Shown piece after piece: positions 63,612 to 64,000 of a stretch of 64,000 nucleotides of DNA (position 1 is its first letter; each line of letters opens with the position of its first letter). This stretch comes from Macrostomum hystrix. Lineage: Eukaryota; Animalia; Platyhelminthes. The stretch lies in assembly GCA_950097015.1 (NCBI GenBank), contig CATNEN010000039.1, positions 3,968,001-4,032,000 on the forward strand, in the 5' to 3' direction. The notes below the pieces were generated by a model. It made no database searches and was not told the DNA's origin. It saw nothing but the letters and a program-made list of their open reading frames with translations. Made by a program: the position numbers and the translations under genes.

Positions 63612-64000
63612 CAGTGGTCAGCAAACTCCGGCCAGTGTCCCTCGAAGCTCCAAATCCGGCCCGAAGCTCTTCCAACACCTATAGTATCCTTTTTCATCTG
63701 GAGATGGAGAGTCTCATCCTCCCCTGCGTCTCATCTGTCATGCATATTATCTCTCCCCTCTCTCATGTCTCCCGTCTCTCTCCCGTCTCATCTCTCCACT
63801 GTCTCATCTCTCCCCTGTCTCGTCTCTCCCCTCTCTCATGTCTCCCGTCTCTCTCCCGTCTCATCTCTCCACTGTCTCATCTCTCCCCTGTCTCGTCTCT
63901 CCCCTCTCTCATGTCTCCCGTCTCTCTCCCGTCTCATCTCTCCACTGTCTCATCTCTCCCCTGTCTCATCTCTCCCCTCTCTCATGTCTCCCGTCTCTCT
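63612..64000 (+). mobile_element. Probable left end of a hAT (Charlie-like) MITE followed by a pyrimidine-rich tandem repeat (about 69-bp period)
   Basis: CAGTGGTCAGCAAACTCCGGCC..AAATCCGGCCCG resembles hAT-Charlie termini; TGTCTCATCTCTCCCC repeats from about 63720 to the window end; second TIR not in the window. Confidence 0.5.

Overview
This is eukaryotic (invertebrate metazoan) genomic DNA with GC-rich spliced exons in AT-rich, repeat-laden introns. The style resembles a free-living flatworm such as Macrostomum (inference only). I hand-assembled seven spliced genes with GT-AG, phase-consistent exon chains: (1) a receptor tyrosine phosphatase of the Ptp99A/PTPRG-like class (minus, runs off the left edge); (2) an FMRFamide-receptor-like peptide GPCR (plus); (3) an SLC6 amino-acid-type transporter (minus); (4) an ATAD5/Elg1-like RFC subunit (plus); (5) a secreted double C-type lectin (plus); (6) a TSP1-domain single-pass membrane protein with PPxY motifs (minus); (7) a ZC3H3-like CCCH protein (minus). 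A partial coiled-coil gene lies at the right end. There are about 20 minisatellite arrays with mostly unrelated 14-47 bp units, many filling a single intron nearly from splice site to splice site. Mobile DNA comprises one tRNA-derived SINE family (about 6 copies) and three non-autonomous DNA transposons with perfect target-site duplications. Most long ORFs in the supplied track are artefacts of the tandem repeats. The most notable signals are intron-private minisatellites, an inverted satellite pair bracketing two genes, a probable trans-spliced operon, a 3.3 kb polarised 30-bp array next to the GPCR promoter, and a stop-free SINE-containing intron in the phosphatase.
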